A DNA stretch of 64,000 bases from Chloroflexota bacterium. GTDB lineage: Bacteria; Chloroflexota; Dehalococcoidia; Dehalococcoidales; UBA2162. The notes under the pieces are model-generated. The model saw only the letters and a program-made list of their open reading frames with translations, made no database searches and was not told where the DNA came from. Positions 53,854 to 63,670 of this stretch are shown here, piece after piece. Both the position numbers and the translations under genes were made by a program. The stretch lies in contig JBDRLU010000068.1 of NCBI GenBank assembly GCA_043812795.1, forward strand, positions 6,208-70,207, read 5' to 3'. Position 1 is the stretch's first letter. Each line of letters opens with the position of its first letter.

Positions 53854-55947
53854 ATGAAGAAAAATCTGGTTATCGTTGAATCCCCGGCCAAAGCCCGGAC
53901 GTTAAGTCGTATTCTGGGCGATAAGTATAGCCTCAAGGCTTCCCTCGGGCATGTGAGGGACCTGCCCAAAAGCCAGTTGGGGGTAGATATTGCCCATAAT
54001 TTTACACCGGAGTATGTCGTCCCCAGGCAGAAGAGTAAAATTGCCAAGGAGCTCAGGGAAGCGGCCAAGGAGGCACCGACAATCTATCTGGCCACTGACC
54101 CCGACCGTGAGGGTGAGGCTATTTCCTGGCACCTGCTCTCGGTGATGAAATCTCCCAAAACACCCTATCGTCGCGTCGTTTTCCATGAAATTACTGAAGA
54201 GGCAATCAAGCAGGCCTTTAAGCATCCGCGTACTATCGATATGAACCTGGTCAATGCCCAGCAGGCGCGGCGTGTCTTGGACAGGCTGGTCGGCTATAAA
54301 ATCAGCCCGTTACTCTGGAAGAAGGTAAAGAGAGGGCTTTCCGCCGGCAGAGTCCAGTCCGTGGCCCTGCGGATTATCGTTGACCGCGAGCGTGAGATTG
54401 AGAAGTTCGTCTCGGTCGAATACTGGACGATGGAGGCCGAGCTGGCCAAGAAGACGGCCGGTGCCAAAGGTTTCCGGGCTCAACTGGTGGGGCTGACCAG
54501 CGGCACCAAGGTGGACATTCACAATCAGGCCGAAGCGGAGGAGATCAAGAGCGAGCTGGAAAAAGCTGACTATAGCGTCCGCCAGATAAAGACAAAGAAG
54601 GTTACCCGCCAGCCGGCGCCGCCTTTTATTACCAGTACCTTGCAGCAGGAAGCCTGGCGCCATTTCCGCTTTGCCGCCGAACGCACAATGGCACTTGCCC
54701 AGCAGCTTTATGAGGGGCTGCCGGTGGGCAATGAGGGTAGCGTCGGCCTTATCACCTACATGAGAACTGATTCGACCCAGGTAGCCCGCACTGCCGTCGC
54801 TGAGACCAGAGAATTTATCACCGAAAAGTATGGAACGGAATATTTACCGCCTCATGCCCGTTCGTTCAGCCGTACCGTGAAAGGCGCCCAGGAAGCCCAT
54901 GAAGCTATTCGCCCCACCCGCATTCACCGGGAACCGGCTAGGGTCAAGGACTACCTTACCGCCGACCAGTTCAAGCTCTACGAGCTTATCTGGCAGCGGA
55001 TGGTGGCCAGCCAGATGGCTAATGCTCTTTTCGATAATACGACGGTCGATATTGAAGCTAAATGTACCTCCAGGACCGAATATCTGTTCCGGATTGCCAG
55101 CACGGTCAACCGCTTCCCCGGGTTCACCATTCTTTATATCGAAAGTAAGGACCAGGCCGACGAAGAAAAAGAGTCTGTCCTGCCGCCACTGGAAAAGAAT
55201 GAAGGGCTGAAATTACTCGGGCTTTTCCCGGAGCAGCGCTTTACCCAACCCCCGCCGCGCTATACCGAGGCCACTCTTATCAAGACCCTGGAACAAAACG
55301 GTATCGGCCGCCCGAGCACCTACGCTCCCACTCTTTCGACCATCCGTGAGCGCGAGTACGTCACCAAAACCGGTGGTGTTTTCCGGCCGACCGAGCTTGG
55401 TTTTCTCGTTACCGACCTGATGGCCCGCCATTTCCCCGATATTGTCGATATTCAATTCACCGCTCGCATGGAAGACGAACTGGATGAAATTGCCAGCGAG
55501 CAGCGGGACTGGGTCGGTGTCATTAAAGATTTCTACACACCTTTTGAGAAGACCCTGACGGATGCCCAGTCTATGGAGAGGGTCAAGCTGGCCGACCAGC
55601 CGGCCGGCGAAGTCTGTCCCAAATGCGGCAAGCCGCTGGTCATCAAGAGCGGACGTTTCGGCAAGTTCTTAGCCTGCACCGGTTATCCCGACTGTAAATT
55701 CACCAAGTCCTTCCAGCTTAAGACCGGCGCCAGATGTCCGGAATGCGGCAGCGAACTGGTCGAGCGAGTGAGCAAAAAAGGACGCACCTTCTATGGCTGT
55801 AGCAACTATCCCAACTGCAAGTTTGCTGTCTTCTATAAGCCCCTCCCCCAGCCCTGCCCTAAGTGCGGCAGCCTGATGACTGTCTATCGCGAGAAGTGGG
55901 TCAAATGCACCAAATGCACCTACCGGGGGAAGTTACCGGAGGACTAA
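53854..55947 (+). CDS. topA: DNA topoisomerase I
   Basis: 697 aa. It has the Toprim LVIVESPAKA and DPDREGEAISWH, the active-site region GLITYMRTDS, and three C-terminal CxxC...CxxC zinc ribbons. Confidence 0.95.
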   Translation: MKKNLVIVESPAKARTLSRILGDKYSLKASLGHVRDLPKSQLGVDIAHNFTPEYVVPRQKSKIAKELREAAKEAPTIYLATDPDREGEAISWHLLSVMKSPKTPYRRVVFHEITEEAIKQAFKHPRTIDMNLVNAQQARRVLDRLVGYKISPLLWKKVKRGLSAGRVQSVALRIIVDREREIEKFVSVEYWTMEAELAKKTAGAKGFRAQLVGLTSGTKVDIHNQAEAEEIKSELEKADYSVRQIKTKKVTRQPAPPFITSTLQQEAWRHFRFAAERTMALAQQLYEGLPVGNEGSVGLITYMRTDSTQVARTAVAETREFITEKYGTEYLPPHARSFSRTVKGAQEAHEAIRPTRIHREPARVKDYLTADQFKLYELIWQRMVASQMANALFDNTTVDIEAKCTSRTEYLFRIASTVNRFPGFTILYIESKDQADEEKESVLPPLEKNEGLKLLGLFPEQRFTQPPPRYTEATLIKTLEQNGIGRPSTYAPTLSTIREREYVTKTGGVFRPTELGFLVTDLMARHFPDIVDIQFTARMEDELDEIASEQRDWVGVIKDFYTPFEKTLTDAQSMERVKLADQPAGEVCPKCGKPLVIKSGRFGKFLACTGYPDCKFTKSFQLKTGARCPECGSELVERVSKKGRTFYGCSNYPNCKFAVFYKPLPQPCPKCGSLMTVYREKWVKCTKCTYRGKLPED

Positions 55948-56020
55948 AGCCGGGGAGCAGTGCTCCGCCATTTTGAGGGCAAGCTAGTATATCCCAAGGC
56001 TACCATGTTGGTAATGAAGG

Positions 56021-56884
56021 TTAGCGCCTTGGCATGTTGGGACCAAGACGCTCGGTGTCATCCCGGCGCTGACATTCGAACACTTGAAGGGTTTTCTCCC
56101 CGGTAACGGCAATGCCGAAGGTCTCGAGCAAAGCTTCGGGCGTTATCACTTGCTCCGGCGCACCGAAAGCAACCACCTTGCGGGCTAGGAGCATTACCTG
56201 CCGGCAAAGAGCGGCTTCATCATGAATATTGTGAGTGGCAATGATGACGGAAGCACCGCGGCACAGCTCGTCATTGAGGGCATGTAAATAGAGCTCGCGC
56301 CCGCCGGCATCAAGGCCGGAAGTAGGTTCATCCAGCACCAGCAGGCTGGCTTGATGGGCCAGCACCTGGGCCAGATAGGTACGCTGTTGTTGGCCGCCCG
56401 ATAACGAACGTAACGGAGCATCAACCAGCTTTTCGATACCCATCCTGTCCATCGCATGGTGTACAATCTCATCGTCTTCCCGTCCCATCTTTTTCCACAG
56501 CCCGTGCTGCGGGAACCGACCCATACGTACGACATCGATAACACGAAGCGGCAAAACAAATCCGCCGTGATGGAACTGTCCCAGATAGGCAATCTTTTCG
56601 TGATTATTACCAGGAGGTATGCCGAATACCGATAACTGACCGCCCATAACCGGCAACAGTCCGACGATGGTCTTGAGGAGGGTGGACTTACCCGAACCAT
56701 TGGTACCGATGAGAGCAAAGGCTTCCCCCGGCCCCAACTCGAAGCCAATATTGGCCACAATTACCTCATTGGAATAACCGATATCGAGGTCCTCCGCCTT
56801 GATAAGAGGAGCACCGTCAATGGTCGGCACTGACAGGCCAGCCCCTCCTGTTGTTGAATCAGCTATATTCTTCATACTGTCCAT
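56021..56884 (-). CDS. Metal (Zn/Mn-type) ABC transporter ATP-binding protein
   Basis: Walker A GTNGSGKST, signature LSGGQQQR and Walker B LLVLDEP. Confidence 0.85.
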   Translation of the reverse strand: MDSMKNIADSTTGGAGLSVPTIDGAPLIKAEDLDIGYSNEVIVANIGFELGPGEAFALIGTNGSGKSTLLKTIVGLLPVMGGQLSVFGIPPGNNHEKIAYLGQFHHGGFVLPLRVIDVVRMGRFPQHGLWKKMGREDDEIVHHAMDRMGIEKLVDAPLRSLSGGQQQRTYLAQVLAHQASLLVLDEPTSGLDAGGRELYLHALNDELCRGASVIIATHNIHDEAALCRQVMLLARKVVAFGAPEQVITPEALLETFGIAVTGEKTLQVFECQRRDDTERLGPNMPRR

Positions 56885-56891
56885 ATTTCAC

Positions 56892-57728
56892 CTACCGGGA
56901 ACGAGCTATTTGCCGTTGATGAATATTCTGTAAAATAAACACGATAAAGAAAATTACAATGGCCACCACGATGATGGCGGCTCCCGCGGCCAAGTCGAAA
57001 TAGTAACTAATCAACAGGCCTGAATACATCGATAGCGTTCCGAAAAGCGCTGCCCAGGCCATCATCGCCTCAATGCGGCGGGCGAGAAGGGCACCGGCAC
57101 CGGCGGGAGCGATGAGCATTCCGAAGACGAGCAAAGTCCCCACTGTCTGGAAAGATACGATAACCGTAAGTGCAATCATGAACAACATGATATTATGATA
57201 AAGGCGGACGGAGAAACCGGCGACTTCGGCCTGTTCTGGGTCGAAGCTGAGCAGTAAGAACGGTCGGGCGCAGATGACGGCTATCGCCAAAATGACTACC
57301 GTGGCAACGAGTTGAATAATTATTGACTGCACACTGATACCCAGAATCTCACCAAATAAAATTCGGGTAAGGTCGCCGCTGAAAGAATTCGAGCGGGACA
57401 CGATTAGCACGCCGAGGGACAACATCCCGACAAACAGTAAGCCGATGGCGGTGTCCGAAGATAATCGCGACCGTTGTGTAATCAGCGTAATGCCCCCAAT
57501 CATGAACGCCGCGCCGATAGCGGCACCGAGTAACCCTGGAAAGCCGACCAGAATGGCCAGAGCAATGCCGGGTAAAACACCGTGGGCCAGCGCGTCACCG
57601 ATAAAGGCCAGACCACGCAGAATAATAAAGGTCCCGGCAATAGCGCAGGCGATAGAAACGAGAATCCCGGCAATAAGTGCCTGAAGCATAAAACCATTTG
57701 TGGAAAACGGTGTTATCAGTAAGTCCAT
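56892..57728 (-). CDS. Metal ABC transporter permease (ABC-3 family)
   Basis: 278 aa, polytopic, with the ZnuB/MntC-like pattern GDALAHGVLPG. Confidence 0.85.
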   Translation of the reverse strand: MDLLITPFSTNGFMLQALIAGILVSIACAIAGTFIILRGLAFIGDALAHGVLPGIALAILVGFPGLLGAAIGAAFMIGGITLITQRSRLSSDTAIGLLFVGMLSLGVLIVSRSNSFSGDLTRILFGEILGISVQSIIIQLVATVVILAIAVICARPFLLLSFDPEQAEVAGFSVRLYHNIMLFMIALTVIVSFQTVGTLLVFGMLIAPAGAGALLARRIEAMMAWAALFGTLSMYSGLLISYYFDLAAGAAIIVVAIVIFFIVFILQNIHQRQIARSR

Positions 57729-57736
57729 AGTTATCT

Positions 57737-58651
57737 CTATTTTAACCCATCGGCTATTACTGTGGCGAGATTTCTCATAAATGTAAAGTATGAGCCGTCG
57801 CTCGGTAAAGCATGCGTCGTTAACGCAACTATCTTTACGCCGGTCTCGTCAGCGATGGTCTTAGCCACTGCCGGCGAAGTACCGACCTCGGTAAATATCG
57901 CCTTGACCTGGTTATCGATGATAGCTTTTTTAAGGGCAGCCAGGTCCGCCGCCGATACCCCCGCTTGCGAAGAAAGACTCGGCACGATTACTCCCACCAG
58001 TCTAAAACCATAACGTTGGGCGAAGTAACCCATAGACTCGTGGCCCGTAACTAACTTACGATTATCCTCGGGTACCTGTATCACGATATTGGCAAGCTCG
58101 GCATTCAAGCTATCCAGTCGGTTTTCCAGGTCGCTTGCTTCGGCGGCTATATCCAGATTAAGGTCTTCCATCAACGCCGGAACGAGGGCGCTAACGATGT
58201 CTTTCATCGCTACCGGGTCGGACCAGAGATGGGGGTCGGAAGCACCGATAGCCTGGTCTGGGTCTCCGGTGGGAATTCCTTCACCCGGCCCGACGTGACG
58301 AACGGTAATATAATCCGAAGCTGTGAAGAACTTGACGCCCTTGCTCCTGGCGGAATCGAGTGCCTTTTCCATGCCGCCTTCGAGGCCGAGTCCGTTTTCA
58401 ATAACGAGGTCGGCTTTGTTGAATGTCTCGATATCCCTCGCCGATGGTTCCCATTCATGCGGGTCCAACCCGTTGGGCATGGGAACGGTAACGGTTGCCT
58501 TCTCCCCGACCAACTCTCTGACCACAGAACCAAGAACAGAATAAGTAACGACGATAGATTTCTTGGTGCTGGTGACTGATGGCTGACAGGATATCGTGCT
58601 CATGAGAACCAGAGTGAGTAGCATCGATAAAACAACGTATTTTCTTCTCAT
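57737..58651 (-). CDS. Metal ABC transporter substrate-binding protein (ZnuA/TroA cluster A-I)
   Basis: 304 aa. It has a signal/lipobox-like N-terminus (LMSTISC), DPHEWEP, DPHLW and HESMGYF. Confidence 0.85.
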   Translation of the reverse strand: MRRKYVVLSMLLTLVLMSTISCQPSVTSTKKSIVVTYSVLGSVVRELVGEKATVTVPMPNGLDPHEWEPSARDIETFNKADLVIENGLGLEGGMEKALDSARSKGVKFFTASDYITVRHVGPGEGIPTGDPDQAIGASDPHLWSDPVAMKDIVSALVPALMEDLNLDIAAEASDLENRLDSLNAELANIVIQVPEDNRKLVTGHESMGYFAQRYGFRLVGVIVPSLSSQAGVSAADLAALKKAIIDNQVKAIFTEVGTSPAVAKTIADETGVKIVALTTHALPSDGSYFTFMRNLATVIADGLK

Positions 58652-58682
58652 CCTGCTGCTCTTTATTCCTACAATGAATTAA

Positions 58683-58698
58683 TGATAACTAATTATCA
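58683..58698. promoter_or_regulatory. Fur/Zur-box-like palindrome (operator 1)
   Basis: TGATAACTAATTATCA lies 32 nt upstream of the substrate-binding-protein start. Confidence 0.5.
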
Positions 58699-58770
58699 AT
58701 AACTTAGCAAGCGTCAATTCCTTCATTCTGGTAATAACACTTGCATTAAAAAACACCGGTGTTAAAATAG

Positions 58771-58786
58771 TGATAACTGGTTATCA
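58771..58786. promoter_or_regulatory. Fur/Zur-box-like palindrome (operator 2)
   Basis: TGATAAC-TG-GTTATCA is a 7-2-7 perfect inverted repeat. It sits just downstream of a TTGCAT-16 nt-TAAAAT promoter-like pair (58741-58768) and 6 nt before the regulator start. Confidence 0.55.
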
Positions 58787-58791
58787 AGAGT

Positions 58792-59211
58792 GTGAGGGCC
58801 ATGGTCAGAGCTACCCAACAAAGAAAGACCATTCATAAAGTCCTGGTAAAGTACGGTCGGCCATTATCCGTCAATGAAATACTCGAGTTGGCTCGAAGTG
58901 AAGTCACTCGATTGGGTATCGCCACCGTCTATCGAAACTTGAAAGTCCTTCAATCGGAAGGGCAAATAGCGCCGGTCGATTTGCCCGGGCAGCCGCCACG
59001 GTGGGAAATAGCGCCGGCCGGGCACCATCATCATTTTCTTTGTCGTACATGTGATAGATTGTTTGAAATCTATGGTTGCCCGGCAGATATTAAACAACTC
59101 TTGCCCAAAGGCTACGTTTTAGAGAAGCACGATATTTTACTTCAGGGCCAGTGTGAAGCTTGCGCCGGTAAGGCCAATAAGCGTGTCAGTCCAGAAGCGT
59201 CTCGGACTTAA
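58792..59211 (+). CDS. zur: Fur-family metalloregulator (probably Zur)
   Basis: 139 aa. It has IATVYRNL, HHHHFLCRTCDRL and CEAC, and is divergent from the metal ABC operon. The start is GTG at 58792, or ATG at 58801. Confidence 0.8.
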   Translation: MRAMVRATQQRKTIHKVLVKYGRPLSVNEILELARSEVTRLGIATVYRNLKVLQSEGQIAPVDLPGQPPRWEIAPAGHHHHFLCRTCDRLFEIYGCPADIKQLLPKGYVLEKHDILLQGQCEACAGKANKRVSPEASRT

Positions 59212-59275
59212 CTATCTCCTGAGCAAGGCTTCGGATTCGTCTCGTAAAGTCCTCATTAGATAGCGATATAGCGCT

Positions 59276-60739
59276 TTACTTCTTCCTTTCCGGCTCGGTG
59301 ATTTCCTCTTTAATTCCGGCCAGGCGTCTGGCAAGGGCTACCGACTTTTCCAGGCGGGCATTAGCCCGTATTACCATCTTGGCGCCTTCGGGCGAACCAC
59401 CGCCGTGCATGCAGCCCGGGATGCCTGCCCCTGAAGTTAGCCACTCGACCATACGGGCGGCACGGGCACGTGCTTCGGCGGGTGCGGCCGCTTTCAGGTA
59501 CTTTTGCACCAGGTGTCCGTGCTTGGGGCCGTAGAAGTCTTTGGAGGAAGGCATGCACCCGGTTTCAGCGATACCGCCGCCTATCTCCTGGGCGAGGACT
59601 TTAGTTTCATAGGGTAATGTGGCGACATGGGCTTTATTTACGTTAGCCAGGAGCGGATCGCTCTGCCAGGCCCCTGACGGGTGTAATTTCCCTAAGACAG
59701 CGGCGGCCACTCCCATTGCAAAGGTTGTCTCGTTGTTGATATACATTTTGGTTAGCTTATCGGCAAAGGCGCGGGTGGATAGACCGTTGGCGCGGCAGAG
59801 CAGGGCCGCCGCCCCCACCATAAGATCACCCTGTCCGGCCACACAGCCGCCGATGGCGGACCGGTAGGGGAGAATGAAATTGGTCACGGCTGACCCTGAG
59901 AACTGGAACTCGTGACACATAAACACCCTCTCCTGAGGTACAAATACGTCCTCAAAAAAGAGGTAGCCCTGAGAGATACCGCCGGTCTTGACCGGATTGT
60001 CGAACCCTTCCTCCCATTCTCTCATGTCGCTGGGGTGTCGGGCTTCGACTACGGTGAGGCCATCGATATCCCTAGGTACGACGAAAGAAACAGCATAATC
60101 TTTGTCGGCTTCACGGTAGCCGCTTCCAGGCAGGACGAAGACTTCATTGGCGGCGGCGGCACCGGCAATCATGACCTTGGTACCGCGGACGACGATGCCG
60201 TCAGGCCGCACCTCGACAACATGCAGGTTCATATCTGGGTCAGTCTGTTGGGAAGGAGGTAGGCTGCGGTCTCCTTTGGGGTCGGTGAGTGCTCCCGAAA
60301 TAGTGATATCATTAGACTGAGCGTAGGCGAGCCATTCCTTCAACCGCTGATGGTAGGTTGTGCTGAGTTGCTGGTCCATCTCGTAAGTAGTAGCCCACAT
60401 GGCGTTGATGGCGCTCCATCCCCCACACCTCCCGCCGGTGCAGGTGCCGGTAAGGTTAAACATGAGACGCTTTATCTTGCAGTTGGTGATAAGGTCCTCG
60501 GCCGTCTGTATGAGCGAGAGATAGCGGTTAATCTTCTCACCGTTCAGGTGTGAGGTGGTGGTGAGAAGTCCGGCATGCTCCGGGTCAAGGGCAGCGGCAA
60601 AGATTTGAGCATGTCCTTCTACTACCCCTTTAGTTGCCGGGTGGGTGGTGATATCGCTAAGTAGTTCTCCAAACTTGTAGACATTGGGCCTCATCTTGCG
60701 GAGGCTTTCTTTGTATTGGTCCGGCGTTTTCAGTCCCAT
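59276..60739 (-). CDS. 4-hydroxybutyryl-CoA dehydratase / vinylacetyl-CoA isomerase family protein (HpaB fold)
   Basis: 487 aa. It is colinear with AbfD as I recall it (LTDPKGDRSLPPSQQTDPD, DGIVVRGTK, EADKDYAVSF, GGCVAGQGDLMVGAAAL, MHGGGSPEG). This is a family-level call only. Confidence 0.7.
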   Translation of the reverse strand: MGLKTPDQYKESLRKMRPNVYKFGELLSDITTHPATKGVVEGHAQIFAAALDPEHAGLLTTTSHLNGEKINRYLSLIQTAEDLITNCKIKRLMFNLTGTCTGGRCGGWSAINAMWATTYEMDQQLSTTYHQRLKEWLAYAQSNDITISGALTDPKGDRSLPPSQQTDPDMNLHVVEVRPDGIVVRGTKVMIAGAAAANEVFVLPGSGYREADKDYAVSFVVPRDIDGLTVVEARHPSDMREWEEGFDNPVKTGGISQGYLFFEDVFVPQERVFMCHEFQFSGSAVTNFILPYRSAIGGCVAGQGDLMVGAAALLCRANGLSTRAFADKLTKMYINNETTFAMGVAAAVLGKLHPSGAWQSDPLLANVNKAHVATLPYETKVLAQEIGGGIAETGCMPSSKDFYGPKHGHLVQKYLKAAAPAEARARAARMVEWLTSGAGIPGCMHGGGSPEGAKMVIRANARLEKSVALARRLAGIKEEITEPERKK

Positions 60740-60953
60740 TATCCTCTCCTTTTATATTAAGTTATAGGGGCCTCTTTCCCTCAATGAGCTACCGTAATGT
60801 ATATTAATGCAGGCAGCCTTTGACAAGCAAATTTCGTTCTTGAGGGGGAAGTTTGCCGTTCGCATTTGCGTTAGGCTTGAAATATTGAATGGGATACGGA
60901 GCGACCATAAACAACCGATTCATAACTGGACAAGACTGGTTTGTGGCTATACA

Positions 60954-61901
60954 ATGAGGTCAAGAGATCTGAAAAGAAATAACATTGTGCAAGAGGTCTT
61001 TGACAGGTACCTAAATTATCTCACGGTAGAGCGAAATGCTTCTCCCTATACCGTGCGCAATTATACCAGTGATTTGCTCGGTTTTTTTCAATTTGTCAGA
61101 GACGAAGGACTAACCTCGCTCAGGGACGTGGATAAAGCGGAGGTACGCCGTTACCTCGTACAGCTTTCCCAGCAAGGTGTAGTCAAAGCCAGCATCGCCC
61201 GTAAGCTGTCTGCCGTTCGTTCTTTCTACCGCTACCTGCTGCGGGAGGAAATAATGTCAACCAACCCGCTGGCCACGACCTCCTCGCCCAGATTAGACCG
61301 CCGCCTGCCTGGTTTTCTCACTACCGGTGAAATCGGCCGGGTGCTCCAGGTTCCCGATTCATCTACACCGCAGGGACAGCGCGATGGTGCTTTGCTGGAA
61401 CTCCTCTATGCAGCCGGGATGAGAGTCAGCGAGTTGGTCAACCTGGATGTGCCTGACGTAAACCTTGATACGCGGGAGATTCGGGTGTGGGGCAAAGGTG
61501 ACAAAGAGCGGCTGGTCTTGATGGGTGTACCGGCTGCCAGTGCGTTAGCCACCTATCTTAGTAAAGGACGGCCCGTGCTGCTGGGCAAAAAGCAAGACGG
61601 TGCCCTTTTCTTGAACCGCTACGGCAGGCGTCTCACCGAACGAATGGTACAGGTAATTTTAGGGAAATATGCCAAGAAGGCTGGTATCGGCAAACGGGTG
61701 TATCCCCACATGTTGCGCCATACTTTTGCTACTCATATGCTTAACGGGGGGGCTGATTTAAGAGTCGTCCAGGAACTGCTCGGCCATGCCAGTCTGTCCT
61801 CGACGCAGATTTATACTCACATCAGCAAAAGCCAGGCGAAGAAGGTCTATTTATCGGCTCACCCGATGGCACAGCCGGGGGATAAGCTTGAAAGTAAGTA
61901 A
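60954..61901 (+). CDS. xerC: Tyrosine recombinase XerC/XerD
   Basis: The N-terminal SAM-like domain has YLNYLTVERNASPYTVRNYTSDL. The catalytic R..HxxR..Y residues are ELLYAAGMRVSEL, HMLRHTFATH and LGHASLSSTQIYTH. The start is uncertain (ATG 60954 or GTG 60987). Confidence 0.8.
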   Translation: MRSRDLKRNNIVQEVFDRYLNYLTVERNASPYTVRNYTSDLLGFFQFVRDEGLTSLRDVDKAEVRRYLVQLSQQGVVKASIARKLSAVRSFYRYLLREEIMSTNPLATTSSPRLDRRLPGFLTTGEIGRVLQVPDSSTPQGQRDGALLELLYAAGMRVSELVNLDVPDVNLDTREIRVWGKGDKERLVLMGVPAASALATYLSKGRPVLLGKKQDGALFLNRYGRRLTERMVQVILGKYAKKAGIGKRVYPHMLRHTFATHMLNGGADLRVVQELLGHASLSSTQIYTHISKSQAKKVYLSAHPMAQPGDKLESK

Positions 61902-62955
61902 CCGGTTGCAAAAACTGCGCCAGAAACTGGCCGAACAGAAGCTCGACGGTATTTTTGTTTCGCAGTCGGACAACCGGTATTACCTGTCCGGCTTCGATGG
62001 CTCGGCCGGTTATCTCATGATTACGCCACAGACGGCCGTCCTGGCGACCGATTTCCGCTATATCGAGCAAGGTAAGATGGAAGCTCCGGACTACCGTATT
62101 TTTCAGATAAGCGGGAGTACCGACTGGTTCCCCCAACTGACGGCCGAGCTCAACATAAACCGGCTTGCCTTTGAATCAGCTCATCTTACTCTGGCCCAGC
62201 ACAAACAATTGACCGATGTACTGACGAAAGCCAGCTCTCCATTACAACTGGTGCCGGTAGAGGGGCTGGTGGAATCACTGCGGATAATCAAGGAGCCGGA
62301 AGAAATCGAGCTTATGACCAGAGCCGCTTCCATCGGCGACCGGGCAGTGGAATATATCAAGAGCGTGGTACATGCCGGCATGACCGAGCTTGAAGCAGCC
62401 TGGGAGATGGAGAAATTCCTCCGTGAGCATGGTAGCCAGACAGTTCCCTTTGAAGTCATCTTTGCCTCCGGACCGAATGCCGCCCTGCCTCACGCCAAAC
62501 CCTCGTCACGTCCCCTCCGGAACGGTGAGCCGATAGTTATTGATGTGGGCGCCCGCTTTGCCGGTTACTCCAGCGACCTGACCCGCACCATTTGCCTCGG
62601 TACGCCCGATGCTACTTTCAGGAAGGTCTATGACATCGTCCTTAATGCCCAGCGGACGGCCTGGGATGGTATCCGTGAGGGAATGAACGGTGAAGAAGCC
62701 GACGCCCTTGCCAGAAAGTTTATCGCTACTGCGGGCTATGGCGATGCTTTCGGGCACAGCCTCGGCCATGGCGTCGGGCTGGCCACTCACGAACCACCCC
62801 GCCTCGGCCCTAACTCGACCGAATGGCTAACTTCCGGGATGGTGTTCAGTATCGAACCCGGTATTTATCTGCCCGGCTGGGGTGGCGTCAGGATTGAGGA
62901 TTTGGTCGTTATGGAGAAAGGCAAGATTAGAAGCCTATCTAACGCACCAAAATGA
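61888..62955 (+). CDS. pepP: Xaa-Pro aminopeptidase (M24B)
   Basis: I chose the TTG start overlapping the xerC end. The metal ligands are in DVGARFAGYSSDLTRT, GHSLGHGVG, FSIEPG and IEDLV. Confidence 0.85.
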   Translation: MKVSNRLQKLRQKLAEQKLDGIFVSQSDNRYYLSGFDGSAGYLMITPQTAVLATDFRYIEQGKMEAPDYRIFQISGSTDWFPQLTAELNINRLAFESAHLTLAQHKQLTDVLTKASSPLQLVPVEGLVESLRIIKEPEEIELMTRAASIGDRAVEYIKSVVHAGMTELEAAWEMEKFLREHGSQTVPFEVIFASGPNAALPHAKPSSRPLRNGEPIVIDVGARFAGYSSDLTRTICLGTPDATFRKVYDIVLNAQRTAWDGIREGMNGEEADALARKFIATAGYGDAFGHSLGHGVGLATHEPPRLGPNSTEWLTSGMVFSIEPGIYLPGWGGVRIEDLVVMEKGKIRSLSNAPK

Positions 62956-62987
62956 TACGAGTCTAGGAAAGGAACAATTTTATATTA

Positions 62988-63653
62988 ATGAAATTACTGA
63001 GAGCCGACTTACATATTCATACCCTGTATTCGATGGACTGCAGCACCTCCCTTGAGGAGATAATCGAGCGCTGTCAGGATACGGGGATAAACTGCATCGC
63101 CATCGCCGACCACGATGCCGTGGAAGGTGCTATCCAGATGCAGCGTCAGGCCCCCTTTACCGTTATTGTGGCTGAGGAGATTCTTACCCCTAATGGTGAA
63201 ATCATGGGTATGTTCCTCAAGGAGCGCATTCCCAGCGGTATATCTCTCGAGCAAGCCCTGACTGAAATCAAAGCGCAGGGTGGGTTGGTCAATATTCCCC
63301 ACCCCTTCGACCCGCTGCGCGGTATCAAACTGGATAATGGCAAACTGGCGAAACTGGCCGACCAGATTGATATTATCGAAGTGTTTAACGCCAGAAGTCC
63401 TTTGCCCGTTTACGCCACAAAGGCACGTAACTTTGCCCGGAAACATAACCTGGCCGGGACGGTTGGTAGTGATGCCCATACCCCCGGTGAAATCGGCGGT
63501 ACCTATGTTGAGATGCCCGAGTTCAAGGGTAAGGAGGATTTCCTTAAGGCTTTAGCTAAGGGCAAAGTGTTCTCGCACCAGTCGAGCCCGTTAGTCCACT
63601 TCAGCAGTACCTGGGCACGACTCAAGAAATCGCTCGATAATGGTCATAATTAG
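62988..63653 (+). CDS. PHP-domain metal-dependent phosphoesterase
   Basis: It has ADLHIHTLYS, IAIADHD, IPHPFD and GSDAHT. Confidence 0.8.
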   Translation: MKLLRADLHIHTLYSMDCSTSLEEIIERCQDTGINCIAIADHDAVEGAIQMQRQAPFTVIVAEEILTPNGEIMGMFLKERIPSGISLEQALTEIKAQGGLVNIPHPFDPLRGIKLDNGKLAKLADQIDIIEVFNARSPLPVYATKARNFARKHNLAGTVGSDAHTPGEIGGTYVEMPEFKGKEDFLKALAKGKVFSHQSSPLVHFSSTWARLKKSLDNGHN

Positions 63654-63670
63654 TTGTTTTTCACAAAGGG

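Noticed and set aside
55955-55985. Terminator between topA and the convergent ABC ATPase gene (GGAGC-AGT-GCTCC followed by GCCATTTTG).
   Set aside because: The stem is only 5 bp with a 3-nt loop and a poor U-tract. This is too weak to call.
60954-61901. Tyrosine recombinase as an integrase marking a mobile element.
   Set aside because: It has the XerC/XerD-type N-terminal domain, normal composition and housekeeping neighbours (pepP overlapping its 3' end). There is no flanking att-like repeat or cargo.
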